Source: Planctomycetota bacterium (GTDB lineage: Bacteria; Planctomycetota; PLA2; JAEUHO01). Taken from it: a stretch of 64,000 bases of DNA. Positions within the stretch are counted from its first letter, which is position 1. Every line of letters begins with the position of its first letter. The stretch covers positions 32,001-96,000 of the forward strand of contig CBDCWP010000042.1 of NCBI GenBank assembly GCA_965223505.1, given 5' to 3'. Positions 8,845 to 19,512 of this stretch are shown piece by piece. A program made the translations under genes and the position numbers. Under the pieces are notes generated by a model. That model did no database searches. It was not told the DNA's origin and saw only the letters and a program-made list of their open reading frames with translations.

Positions 8845-10620
8845 GTGAACGTCGGCGTCGCCGCAGTTCGCCGGACTGCGGATGGCTTGCCGCGTCTCGG
8901 CGAATCGAGGAAACTCCGTCTCTTGAATACGACGTCCCTCACCGCCCGTTTGTTCCGGCATGCGGCCGCGTTGCTCGTCGCCTGCATCGCGGTGCTCGGC
9001 ACGACGCCGCGCACCGACGCGGATCCGAAGGCGATCAAGGCCCAGCTCGAGCGAATCCGCAAGAATGCACGCGACGCGTTCGCGCAGCGCGAGCGCGAGG
9101 CCGCGATCCGTGAGATCGCCAGGATCGGCGGACCCGACGCCGCCGCCGCGCTCGTACCGTTGTTCGAAGACCCGTTCGTACACCTGCGCGATCACGTGGT
9201 GAGCGCGTGGATCACGATGCTGCGCGGGACGTTCGCGGGCGAAACACAGACCTGGTTGTCCGGCAAGGCCGTCAGGGACCGCAACCCCGAGGTGCGGGCG
9301 GCAGCCGCGACCGCCATGAGCGTCAACGGCGGCGCCGAGCTGGCCGAGGTGTTCACCAACGTCGTCAAGAGCGAGAAGGACGGCCGCGTCTTGAAGGCGC
9401 TCGGCGTCGGCGCGCTGCGCATCGCGGACCGCGCCTCCATTCCCGATGTGTTCCTGAAGAAGCTCAACCACAGAGACGGCGAGGCGGTCCTCTACGCCGC
9501 ACAGTGCGCCGCGAGATTCGACGGCGACGACGCCCGCGCCGCGCTGCGCAAGACCCTCAAGCACAGGCATCCGCTCGGACGGGCGGGAGCGGTGCTCGCG
9601 TTGCAGTCGCTCGACGCGCTTCCCGAGAGCGCGGTCGCGGCGGTTCTGTCCGACAAGTCGCACGAGCCGGCGATCGCGCTCGCCGAGAGCTTGTCGCTTC
9701 GAACGAAGGTCCTGCCGTGGCCGGGCGCGGGCTTCGAGATCTGGAAAGCGCTGCTCGAGCATCCGAGCTGGCGCGTCCGCGCCGCCGCGATTCAGGCAGG
9801 CCTGCACGTGTGGGAGATGGAGATCGTCGAGCCCCTGATCCAGCGAATGGAGAAGGAGCCCGGCCGGCTCGCGGACGACGCGCACAGGGCGCTGCGCACC
9901 TTCACGGGGCAGCAGATCACGAACGATCCGGAACTCTGGCGCAAGTGGTGGATCGTGCGACGTGCGGAGTTCGACCCCGGCGAACGGCCGGAGCCCGGAG
10001 GCAGTGGACGCATCGAGCGCGACGCCACCGCGGACGCCGACATCGAGGGCTCGGTGGCGTTCTTCGACATGCCCCTGCGTTCGCAGCGCATCGCCTTCGT
10101 CTTCGACCTCTCCGGTTCGATGCGCGATCCGGCGACCGACGCGGACGGCGCGCCCACGAAGCTCGAGCTGCTGCGAGCGGAGTTCGCCAAGACGCTCGAT
10201 GCCTTGCCGCCGGAGACCGAGTTCGACGTGCTCGTCTACCGCTATCCGAGCAAGTATCCGCCGAAGCCGGTCCTCACACGCGCAGCGAAGAAGCTGCAGC
10301 CCGCGACGCCGGGCAATCGCCGGCGTGCCCGCGAGTGGCTCGAGCGGCAGGAAGCGCGAGGATGGGGCGCGTTCATGGAACCGCTCGAAGCGGCGTTCCA
10401 AGAGGACGTCGACACGGTCATCCTGCTGTCGGACGGGCGGCCGAGCCGTGGTCGCTACGACCGCGACTTCCGCATCCTGCAGGAGCTGCCCGCGGTCAAC
10501 CGGTTCCGGCAGGTGGCGGTGAATACGGTGTTGATCGGCACGAAGGGAGCGGATCGCGAGTTCATGCAGTCGCTGGCGGAGCAGACGGGCGGCCGCTTCC
10601 GCGAGGTCGGCGGCGAGTAG
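8845..10620 (+). CDS. Secreted HEAT-repeat protein with C-terminal vWA domain
   Basis: HEAT-like repeats (HPSWRVRAAAIQA); FVFDLSGSM MIDAS and ILLSDGRPS. The true start is probably downstream of 8845. Confidence 0.8.
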   Translation: MNVGVAAVRRTADGLPRLGESRKLRLLNTTSLTARLFRHAAALLVACIAVLGTTPRTDADPKAIKAQLERIRKNARDAFAQREREAAIREIARIGGPDAAAALVPLFEDPFVHLRDHVVSAWITMLRGTFAGETQTWLSGKAVRDRNPEVRAAAATAMSVNGGAELAEVFTNVVKSEKDGRVLKALGVGALRIADRASIPDVFLKKLNHRDGEAVLYAAQCAARFDGDDARAALRKTLKHRHPLGRAGAVLALQSLDALPESAVAAVLSDKSHEPAIALAESLSLRTKVLPWPGAGFEIWKALLEHPSWRVRAAAIQAGLHVWEMEIVEPLIQRMEKEPGRLADDAHRALRTFTGQQITNDPELWRKWWIVRRAEFDPGERPEPGGSGRIERDATADADIEGSVAFFDMPLRSQRIAFVFDLSGSMRDPATDADGAPTKLELLRAEFAKTLDALPPETEFDVLVYRYPSKYPPKPVLTRAAKKLQPATPGNRRRAREWLERQEARGWGAFMEPLEAAFQEDVDTVILLSDGRPSRGRYDRDFRILQELPAVNRFRQVAVNTVLIGTKGADREFMQSLAEQTGGRFREVGGE

Positions 10621-10709
10621 CGGGGACACCGCGCCGACCGACCGGCTTCCGCGCTCGCAGTCGTCGGACCTCCGGTTAGCCTCCGTGGCCCCACTCGCGA
10701 GGACACGTC

Positions 10710-11798
<1,089 letters not shown>

Positions 11799-11898
11799 CC
11801 GCTCGAGCGTCGGACGGGCCGCGCGGGACCGGCCCCAAGACTCGTCTTCCCCGCCCCTCTGTGCCATCATCCGGCCCGAGTTTCAGGAGACCGTTTCC

Positions 11899-12288
11899 AT
11901 GCCCGACCGCCCCAGCGACATCAAGTACAGCGCCACCCACGAGTGGGTGCGCATCGAGGGAGACGAGGCCACCGTCGGAATCACCGACTTCGCCATCGAG
12001 CACCTGGGTGACCTGGTGTTCGTCGACCTGCCCGACGAGGGACAGGAGGTCGAGCAAGAGGCCCCGATGGCCGAGGTCGAGAGCGTCAAGGCGGTCGGCG
12101 AGGTTTATGCCCCGGTCAACGGCGAGGTGATCGCCGTGAACGCGGATCTCGCGGACGATCAGAGTCCGATGGCGGAGGACCCGTACGGCGCCGGCTGGCT
12201 GGTCAAGATCAAGATCTCCGGCGGCGGCGACCATCTGATGGATCTGGCCGCGTACGAGGCGAAACTGGCCAGCGAAGCGGCGGGCTGA
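11899..12288 (+). CDS. gcvH: Glycine cleavage system H protein
   Basis: HEWV, GITDFA, lipoyl motif VESVKAVGEV, DPYGAGWL. Confidence 0.97.
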   Translation: MPDRPSDIKYSATHEWVRIEGDEATVGITDFAIEHLGDLVFVDLPDEGQEVEQEAPMAEVESVKAVGEVYAPVNGEVIAVNADLADDQSPMAEDPYGAGWLVKIKISGGGDHLMDLAAYEAKLASEAAG

Positions 12289-12355
12289 GCCGCCGGCGCT
12301 GCGCGCCGCATATGCTCGTACGACCTGCGGCCGCGACCTTGGGAGGGCGCACCCC

Positions 12356-13141
12356 GTGTATCCGGTTCTCTTCGAACTTGGCAGCGTCAAGATCTACTCG
12401 TTCGGAACGCTCATCGTCATCGCGTTCCTCGTGTCGTCCTGGTACACGAAGCGCCGGGCGAGCAAGCTGCTGGAGCTCGACTCGGAGCGCGTGTTCAACA
12501 TCTGCTTCGCGCTCCTCTTCATCGGGCTGGCAGGCGCGCGGTTGCTCTACGTGCTCGTCGAGTACGAGAAACACGCAGCCGAACCGTTGTCGTTTCTCTA
12601 CGTCTGGCGCGGCGGACTCGTCTTCTACGGCGGGCTGATCGCCGGGCTGCTGTGGCTCGCGTGGTATCTCCCCCGCCACGCCGACCTGAAGGGCTGGTCG
12701 CTCATGGACTGCCTCGCGCTCGGCGGCTGCTTGGCGATCTTCATCGGCCGCTGGGCGTCGTTCCTGTCGGGCGAGAACTACGGCAAGGAGGCGCCGGACC
12801 TGGCGTGGGCCGTGAAGTTCCCGTTCCACGAAGCGACCCAGGCGCCGCCCAACATCGCGCTCCATCCGACGCAGCTCTATCACAGCTTGCACGGACTCAT
12901 TTTGTTCGGGCTTCTGCTGTGGTTCCTCAAGCGCAAACCAGAGCCCGGGCGCGCGTTCGGCCTGTTCCTGATGCTGTACGCCGTCGGCCGCGTCGTCATC
13001 GAGATGTTCCGCGGCGACAATCAGGAACGCGGCATGATCATCGACGGCGAGTTTTTCCTGTCGACGAGCCAGCTGATCTCGATTCCGATCCTGTTCGTCG
13101 GGATCGCCGTCTATCTCATCCGCCGTCCGGCGGACGCGTAG
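12356..13141 (+). CDS. lgt: Prolipoprotein diacylglyceryl transferase
   Basis: GARLLYV, GGLVFYGG, IGRW..F..GE.YG, HPTQLY motifs. Confidence 0.93.
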   Translation: MYPVLFELGSVKIYSFGTLIVIAFLVSSWYTKRRASKLLELDSERVFNICFALLFIGLAGARLLYVLVEYEKHAAEPLSFLYVWRGGLVFYGGLIAGLLWLAWYLPRHADLKGWSLMDCLALGGCLAIFIGRWASFLSGENYGKEAPDLAWAVKFPFHEATQAPPNIALHPTQLYHSLHGLILFGLLLWFLKRKPEPGRAFGLFLMLYAVGRVVIEMFRGDNQERGMIIDGEFFLSTSQLISIPILFVGIAVYLIRRPADA

Positions 13142-13631
13142 GCTCGAACGGCGCGGTGTTGACGGCCTGCGGCAGGAGCTTCGCCGCCTGTCGTTGCACG
13201 AGCAGGTGGTACACGATCAGCACGCTGTAGCCGACGATCGCGATCGCCAGGCACGCACGGCCGAGCGGCCAGTTCTTGTGCAAGCACAGGAAGCCGACGG
13301 CGACGATGGTCAAGATCGTCTTGATGAAGATGAAGTGCGGCACCCCCAGGTGCAGCGCCGCGCGCATGATCGGGTTCGCCTCCTCGGCCTTGCCCTGCTC
13401 CAGCAGCTCGAGCGTGTAGAACGCGTCGAGGGACGAGAGACCGACGACGACGACGAACCCGGCCAGCGTCCACAAGCCCGGTCGATCGACGTACACGAAG
13501 TCCCGTTCGCCGTCTCTGCGACCGCCCCGGCGCCGGCCGAACAGGAGCCAGCGCGAGAGCATCGGCGTGGGCCGGTCTCGGCGGTCGCCGAAACCGCGCT
13601 GCTCACCGTTCGAGGATTCGTCGGAACGCAC
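13116..13631 (-). CDS. DUF5658-like membrane protein
   Basis: GRRRGGRR, LSSLDAFYTL, EANPIM motif and 3 TM segments. Confidence 0.7.
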   Translation of the reverse strand: MRSDESSNGEQRGFGDRRDRPTPMLSRWLLFGRRRGGRRDGERDFVYVDRPGLWTLAGFVVVVGLSSLDAFYTLELLEQGKAEEANPIMRAALHLGVPHFIFIKTILTIVAVGFLCLHKNWPLGRACLAIAIVGYSVLIVYHLLVQRQAAKLLPQAVNTAPFEPTRPPDGG

Positions 13632-13670
13632 CGCGGGAGGATATCCGCCCCCGCTGGGCCGACAAGCGGA

Positions 13671-15620
13671 TCAGCGTAGGTCCGCGCGGTGGCGCACGCG
13701 GTTCAACGCGACGTCGACGGCGGAACGCGCGTCCTTCGGCATGCGGGCGCGCAGAGAGGCGAGATCGTTCGCGGCCGACGCCGGAAACGTGAGATAGGCA
13801 ATTCGAAGCACCGTCGCGATCTCGCCCGGGTCCGAACCGCGTTCGATCGGCTCGACCAGGGCTTGCGCGACCTCGAGCGGCAGCACGCGATCCAGCGTCG
13901 AGAGCGCGGCCAGGAACAGCGGCCGTCGCTCGCCGCGAAGCTCCTCGGACATCGCGCGGGCGCCCGCCTCCTCGAAGTCGAGTAGTGCAGTCGCGAGTCC
14001 CGCCACTTCGCGTTCGGGCAATGCGCGCAGCCAACTGCGGAACCGCTCGACGAAGGCGAGATAGCGTTCCGGTTCGATGCCGGCGCCGCGCGAGTAGAGA
14101 AACACAAGGAGCTGTCGCAGCTCGCGCGTTCCGTCCGTTCCGGCTTCCTCGAAGAGCCGTTCGACGATCGGGATCGCGTTGGTCGCGCGTGACCGTCGAA
14201 TGAGGTTCAGCACCAGCGCGCGCGACTCCTCGTCGCCGCTGAACGCCAGCTCCTCCAGCGCTCCCAGCAGATCCTTCTGCCATGGTGAGAGGCGGTCGAA
14301 CGCGCCTTCGATCGCGTCCTTGTACAGGTGCGTCGGCCGCGCTTCGTAGAGGACGCGGAACAGCAGGGCACGCGACACGAGATCGGCCGCAGGATCGGGG
14401 AGCGTGCGCACCCACGTGTTGACGTCCTCGCCCGAGACGGCCTCACCCTTCCCGATCGCTTCGAGCGCTTTCTCGAGCTTGCCGAGCGCCGCGAGCGAGT
14501 CTCCCGCGGTGTTCATCTCGCTCGTGCAGTGAAGTGCGGTGTAGTAGATCGCCGGATCCACCTCCTCGAGCGCGAGGTCCGCCTCTCGAGCGCGCACGAA
14601 AGGAGCGAAACCGCGCATCGCGAGGGAGCACCTCGCTTCGGCGGCCGACACGCGTCCGGTCACGTAGTAGCTCTGCGCGGGCACGACGCATTGATCGATC
14701 AGCGTCGACGCGAACGCGCCGCTGCCGAGGGACATCGCCGAGGGCAGTGCGCCTTGCGCGGTGTAGACGATCTCGTTGCCGTCTTCGTCCGCAAGCGTGT
14801 AGCGGGCGACCGACGGGTCCAACCACGCGCGCACGTTGCAGAACGCGAAACGCTTGTCCCGGGGGAGATCCGACGAAAGCTCGGGACCGCTGGCTTCGAC
14901 GGCGGCGTTCCACCAGGCCATGGCGCTGGCGAGTCGTGACTCGTCGGCGTCCGGTCGCTGGGACGTTCGCAACAGCTGAGGCACCTGCCCCCACAACCGC
15001 GGAGACCCGCGCCGGTAGGCGAACGTGAGTGCGCGTTCGATGTAGGGCGTTCCGTAGAACGCCATGGCCCGAAACGCCAGGGGGCCGATCATCCGGTCGC
15101 GCGCGTCGCGCTCGAGAAACCGCAGGAGGAGATCGGCGGCGCGGGGATCCTCGACCGTGGTCAGACAACGGACGGCGCGGCGGCGAAGCTGCACGTCGTT
15201 GCGATCGACGGCGGGCTCGGTCCAGCGCAGGACGACGTCGGGCCCCTTGTCACGGATGGCGGTCAGCGCGGAGAGCACGCCGTGCCAGGGGTTGGCGTCG
15301 GGCGATCCGGTCAGACGCTCGACGAGCGCTGAATCGTCGAGCAGGCGAAGGGTGACGGGTCCAAGGGCGACGAGGTCCCGGTGTGCGAGGTCGAGGTTCT
15401 TGAGGTGGGCCTTGGGAATGCGCAGGACGCGTTGCGCTTCGGGGCCGGTGGCGAGTCGTTCGAGGGCGTAGCGGGCGCGTGTTTCGTCGGGAAGGGGATC
15501 GAGGACGATGACGGGGCGAACGGGTGTGTCGTCGGAGGCGTCGTCCGGCTCGTCCCCGCAGGCGGCGAGGGCAAGGCACAGGAGCGGGAGCGCGGTGCGA
15601 AGGAGTTGTCGAATCAACAT
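13671..15620 (-). CDS. Hypothetical lipoprotein with HEAT-like helical repeats
   Basis: Lipobox LAAC after a hydrophobic signal; long helical ORF; start could be 15620 or 15650. Confidence 0.65.
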   Translation of the reverse strand: MLIRQLLRTALPLLCLALAACGDEPDDASDDTPVRPVIVLDPLPDETRARYALERLATGPEAQRVLRIPKAHLKNLDLAHRDLVALGPVTLRLLDDSALVERLTGSPDANPWHGVLSALTAIRDKGPDVVLRWTEPAVDRNDVQLRRRAVRCLTTVEDPRAADLLLRFLERDARDRMIGPLAFRAMAFYGTPYIERALTFAYRRGSPRLWGQVPQLLRTSQRPDADESRLASAMAWWNAAVEASGPELSSDLPRDKRFAFCNVRAWLDPSVARYTLADEDGNEIVYTAQGALPSAMSLGSGAFASTLIDQCVVPAQSYYVTGRVSAAEARCSLAMRGFAPFVRAREADLALEEVDPAIYYTALHCTSEMNTAGDSLAALGKLEKALEAIGKGEAVSGEDVNTWVRTLPDPAADLVSRALLFRVLYEARPTHLYKDAIEGAFDRLSPWQKDLLGALEELAFSGDEESRALVLNLIRRSRATNAIPIVERLFEEAGTDGTRELRQLLVFLYSRGAGIEPERYLAFVERFRSWLRALPEREVAGLATALLDFEEAGARAMSEELRGERRPLFLAALSTLDRVLPLEVAQALVEPIERGSDPGEIATVLRIAYLTFPASAANDLASLRARMPKDARSAVDVALNRVRHRADLR

Positions 15621-15810
15621 GGAGTCGCCTGCCGCCGTGCCCGCGGTCATTGAACCATGCCGACGGGCCTACCTCCCGTCTCCAGGGCCCTCCCCCGCCC
15701 TGCTCTCCCGGGTGACGTCACGGGGCGAGGTCAGCGCGCGGCCATCTCCGAGGACGCGTGGTCTGCCACGCGACGAGGAAATGGCAACGTGATGGCGCGC
15801 GTCCGTCGTG

Positions 15811-17379
15811 TCACCGGCAGCAGGCGGGCCAGGAGGGAGGCGCAACATTCAGGTTCTGCCCGAGCGCGCCGGCGGCGCGCCAGAGCCGGCTCTCGGCGAT
15901 GCGCAGGTCGGCGGCGGCGCGTCCGAGACGGGTGCGCGCGCTCGTCAGGTCGTCTTCCTTCTGCAGGACGCGAAACGGCGTCGACTGACCGGTGTCCTTC
16001 TTGTCCTGTTCGCCCTCGACGGCTTCCTGGGCGGCAGCCACCTCGGCCTGGGCCGCGATCAGCTGCGCGCGCGCGGTCTCCATGTCGCGCAGCGCCGCGC
16101 GCACCTCGACGACGATCCCGTTCTCCGTTTCCTTGTACCGCAGGATCGCCTGACGGCGGGCCCACCCGGCGGCTCGCCAGTTCGCCTTCGCGGCACGTTG
16201 TCCCACGTACACCGAGAAGGTGAGACCGATGCTCGCGGAGAACGCTCGACCGGTCACGACCTCTTCCAGGGACGCGCCGAAGGCGTCGTCCAGCCCGTCC
16301 GTCGCGACGCGTCCCACGACGTTGAGCTGGGGCTTGATCGCATCGTGGGCTTCGACCATGTCCAGTCCGCGCGTCGCGATGTCCGCGCGGCGGCTGCGTA
16401 GCTCCGGGCGCCCGCGCAGCGCCAGCTGCACGAAGCGCTCCTGATCGCTCCAACCCAGATTGTCATCGCTGTCTTTGTGCGACGAGTCGGTCGGGACGAT
16501 GCGCACGCGCTTGAGCACCGCGCCGAACGGCATGATCAAGCTACGGAGGACGTCCTCCGTCGCGCCGCGCAGGTTCTCGGCCTGCAGACGTTCGCTCTTG
16601 CGGCGTTCCAGGCCCGCGCGCGCCTCGGACACGGCGAGCGACGTACCGATGTCGGTCTCGAGCTTCGCCTGCTCGTCGGCGAGCAGCTCCCGCGCGACCT
16701 CCTCGGACTTCAGGCGCGCGTCGAGGTTGTCGTCGGAGAACACGAGCTCCCAGTAGCCCTCCGCGATGCCGAGCAGAAGCGACTCGAACTGCGTCGCGTA
16801 GTTCGCGCGCGCCGCCTGCATGCCGACCTGGGCCCGCCGCACCTCGGTGACCGCGACGCTGCCCGCGCCGCGTAGCAGGGGCTGTGTCGCCTCGACAGCG
16901 AAGCCGGAGCGCCATGACGGGTTGATGGAGGTGATGGCGGAGTTCGTGTCGACTCGGTCCGCCTGATAGAGCACGGCGACGTTGCCGCCCTGGCGCAGCC
17001 GCCGCGACACGCCCGTCTCGAGCTTGAAGGAGTCCTCGGTGACGTTGCCGGTGCCGGTGAAGATGCTCGCGGAGCGTTGCTCGTTCTGCGCGACGTCGAA
17101 ACCGGCCGTCAGCAGGCGGTCGAACGCCGCGTCCGCGGCCTGAAACAGCGCGTGCGCGATCGGTTCGTCGTACCGCGCCTCGCGCAACGTCAGGTTCGCT
17201 TCGATCCCCATGCGAACGCAGTCACGCAGGCTGAGGTGAAGCACCTCCATCTCCGCGGCGCCGCTCGGCGCCGGCGCCGGAGCCTCTGCGGGGGCTTCGT
17301 CGTCGGGTCGGGCCGAGGCGGCGGCCCCGGTCACCAACGTCACGACGGTCAAGCACGCGATGACGCGCAGAGTTCCCAT
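15811..17379 (-). CDS. TolC family outer membrane efflux protein
   Basis: Signal peptide; LSLRDCV...N, ATQPLLRGAG, ALRGRPEL, G.ST.F.VLQ OEP repeats; GGAGGAG RBS. Confidence 0.88.
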   Translation of the reverse strand: MGTLRVIACLTVVTLVTGAAASARPDDEAPAEAPAPAPSGAAEMEVLHLSLRDCVRMGIEANLTLREARYDEPIAHALFQAADAAFDRLLTAGFDVAQNEQRSASIFTGTGNVTEDSFKLETGVSRRLRQGGNVAVLYQADRVDTNSAITSINPSWRSGFAVEATQPLLRGAGSVAVTEVRRAQVGMQAARANYATQFESLLLGIAEGYWELVFSDDNLDARLKSEEVARELLADEQAKLETDIGTSLAVSEARAGLERRKSERLQAENLRGATEDVLRSLIMPFGAVLKRVRIVPTDSSHKDSDDNLGWSDQERFVQLALRGRPELRSRRADIATRGLDMVEAHDAIKPQLNVVGRVATDGLDDAFGASLEEVVTGRAFSASIGLTFSVYVGQRAAKANWRAAGWARRQAILRYKETENGIVVEVRAALRDMETARAQLIAAQAEVAAAQEAVEGEQDKKDTGQSTPFRVLQKEDDLTSARTRLGRAAADLRIAESRLWRAAGALGQNLNVAPPSWPACCR

Positions 17380-17434
17380 GCGGCGCCCTCCTCCTCCGTC
17401 CTGGGGACGTCAGATCATACGCGGTCAGCCGCGA

Positions 17435-18664
17435 TCACCGCGCGTCGGAGCGGGGAAAGTCGTCACTCAGCAGAAAGGCAACCCAGTCGGCGCTGGGGCG
17501 CAAGACGTCGTCCGAACCGGTCAACGCCTCGTGCACGCGCCGCAAGTGCGCGAGCGCCGACGTCGTGCGGATGCGCGCCAGTGCCAACAACGCGGCTCGC
17601 TCCATGCGCGGACTCTCGCACCGGTCCATGAGCCACGGCACCTGCTTCTCGCCGCCCAGCAGACCCGCGGCCCGAACGAGCGCGGTGCGCACCTCGATCG
17701 CGTCCTCGTTGGCGTACGCCCGCAGGAGCCGCTCCACCTGGTCTCTGGCATCGAGCGCGACGAAACCGTGCACGGCGGCCTCGCGCGCCGCCGGCTTGCC
17801 GTTCGCGAGAACCCAGAACGCGCGCTCGCGATCGACCCCCGTGGGCATCGCGAAGAGCGCTTCGACGATCGCCAGCTGCCGCGGGGAGGCGGCATCGAGG
17901 AAGGCCCGCTTCCACGGGTCTTTCTCGACCGTCGTCGGCGCCGGTCGGTCGTCCTTCGGCGCCGCCGGAACGGGCTGACGATCGAGCAGGCCGACCAGCT
18001 GCTGCAGCACGCCACGTTGCTCGCGCGGAATCCGCTTGCGCAGCAGGCCCTTCAGCTCTCGCCTGACCTCGGCGTCGAACAGGTCGGGCCGGACGAACGC
18101 CAGATGATGGAGCTCACGCGCCGCGTGGACGCGCGTCCATCGACCCGCCGCACGTAGTGTGTTCAGCTGGTGCGCGAGGGTCTTGCGCGCGCGCTCGTTC
18201 ACGTCCTCGATCTGGAAGAGCTTCACCTCCGCCGCGATCGAATCGATCTTCTCCTCGCCGACGAGCCCGTTCGCCAACATGCGGTCGACGAACCGGAATG
18301 CGACGCCGTCCGGCCGCTTCGCGAGGAAGAAGACATGACGCTGCTCGCCCGACGTGGGCAGCACGGGCGCCGACGGGGCATCGGGGTCGAGGGTCGGCTT
18401 CGGACCCCGCACCATCACGGTGAGGGGACCTGCGGGCGCGGCGCCGAAGAGCACGCGCTCGACCTCGAGCCTTGCGATCTGCTGGGTGCGGACCTGCTTC
18501 ACGCCCGCGCTGCGTCCGACCACGACGAGGTCGCTGCGTTTCAGGATGCCGTCCGCGAGGGTCGTGAAGCCGCGCTCGGGCTCGTCGGCCAAGGCGGACC
18601 CGGCGCCGGCGAGCGCGAACCAGGTGCACGCGGTGACGAGAAGAAGGCGTCGGAGGGAGGTCAC
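17435..18664 (-). CDS. Secreted HEAT-repeat protein
   Basis: Signal-like TSLRRLLLVTACTWFALAGAGSALA; C-terminal HEAT-like repeats; start approximate. Confidence 0.6.
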   Translation of the reverse strand: MTSLRRLLLVTACTWFALAGAGSALADEPERGFTTLADGILKRSDLVVVGRSAGVKQVRTQQIARLEVERVLFGAAPAGPLTVMVRGPKPTLDPDAPSAPVLPTSGEQRHVFFLAKRPDGVAFRFVDRMLANGLVGEEKIDSIAAEVKLFQIEDVNERARKTLAHQLNTLRAAGRWTRVHAARELHHLAFVRPDLFDAEVRRELKGLLRKRIPREQRGVLQQLVGLLDRQPVPAAPKDDRPAPTTVEKDPWKRAFLDAASPRQLAIVEALFAMPTGVDRERAFWVLANGKPAAREAAVHGFVALDARDQVERLLRAYANEDAIEVRTALVRAAGLLGGEKQVPWLMDRCESPRMERAALLALARIRTTSALAHLRRVHEALTGSDDVLRPSADWVAFLLSDDFPRSDAR

Positions 18665-18741
18665 AGCCCCAGAGTTTGCGCGACGTCCGTCACCGCGGGG
18701 CAACCCCACCCAGAAACCACCTGGGCCCGCTCGCTGTCGGG

Positions 18742-18957
18742 CTACGCGTGGGCGCGCGCCTGTCGATAGGTGCGAATCGAGACGGGGCGGCTGCGCGGCG
18801 TTCTCCGGTCGTCGATCTGGGCCTGAGCGACCTTGGCGTTGTGGATCTCGATGAAGCGCTCACACTCACCGGACGTGCCGACGAAGATCTGCTCGCCGTT
18901 GAGGCGAACACCGTAATACTTCGACCCACCCTGAATGCACTTGAAGACGACTTCCAT
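18742..18957 (-). CDS. Small (71 aa) hypothetical protein
   Basis: AGAAAGG RBS; MEVVFKCIQGGSKYYGVRLNGEQIFVGTSGECERFIEIHN... reads as a compact domain, unlike the shadow ORFs. Confidence 0.65.
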   Translation of the reverse strand: MEVVFKCIQGGSKYYGVRLNGEQIFVGTSGECERFIEIHNAKVAQAQIDDRRTPRSRPVSIRTYRQARAHA

Positions 18958-19097
18958 GACCGGCCTTTCTTCAGGCCCCCCCACCACAGGGCGACCCAGT
19001 CCTCCTGGGGTCTGCCGCGGGGTCGAACGCTGCCCATCCGAACGGATGAGCGGCGGCCCACCATGCGACCAACCGCACGCAGTCCCTATCGGCACAA

Positions 19098-19114
19098 AGC
19101 AACTCGCGTACCGA
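19098..19114 (-). promoter_or_regulatory. Putative sigma-54 (-24/-12) promoter for the 71-aa gene
   Basis: Minus strand TCGGTACGCGAGTTGCT has GG-N10-GC spacing and resembles the consensus YTGGCACG-N4-TTGCW. Confidence 0.5.
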
Positions 19115-19342
19115 GCGAACTTCGCTTTCCGATCGCCGGACCGGGCTCCGAATCCGGCGCCGCGGGACCCGCTGGGACCGCTATGTATGTCAACGTAAGA
19201 CAGCGTTACGGACAGCGAGAATCCGTAAACGTCCCCTGAGAAGTGCATCGGCGTCCTCGGATGGGGACATGAGCGCGCATCCCGGAAAACCCCCATTCAT
19301 AGGTTCTTGCGGCGAATTCCTGATTTCGCGTCCAAGCAGCGG

Positions 19343-19358
19343 TGTGCGATCTCGCACA
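19343..19358. promoter_or_regulatory. Palindromic putative transcription-factor site
   Basis: TGTGCGA-TC-TCGCACA inverted repeat in the 550-bp intergenic region. Confidence 0.35.
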
Positions 19359-19512
19359 ACGAATCTGTAAGAATTGCTTAACACCATCTTCAACGGCGCG
19401 ATTGCAAAGCGGGCCGTCGCCGTCCGGGTTGCCGGTTTCCGGCGGTGGCAATCCGGATCACCGCCGGGTGCCGTTCGTCACAACGTGGATACGAACGAGT
19501 TTCTCTCGAAAC

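Noticed and set aside
18958..19510. tRNA or known riboswitch (e.g. TPP, given thi genes nearby)
   Set aside because: No cloverleaf, T-loop or TPP consensus could be recognised; it is reported only as a structured regulatory region.
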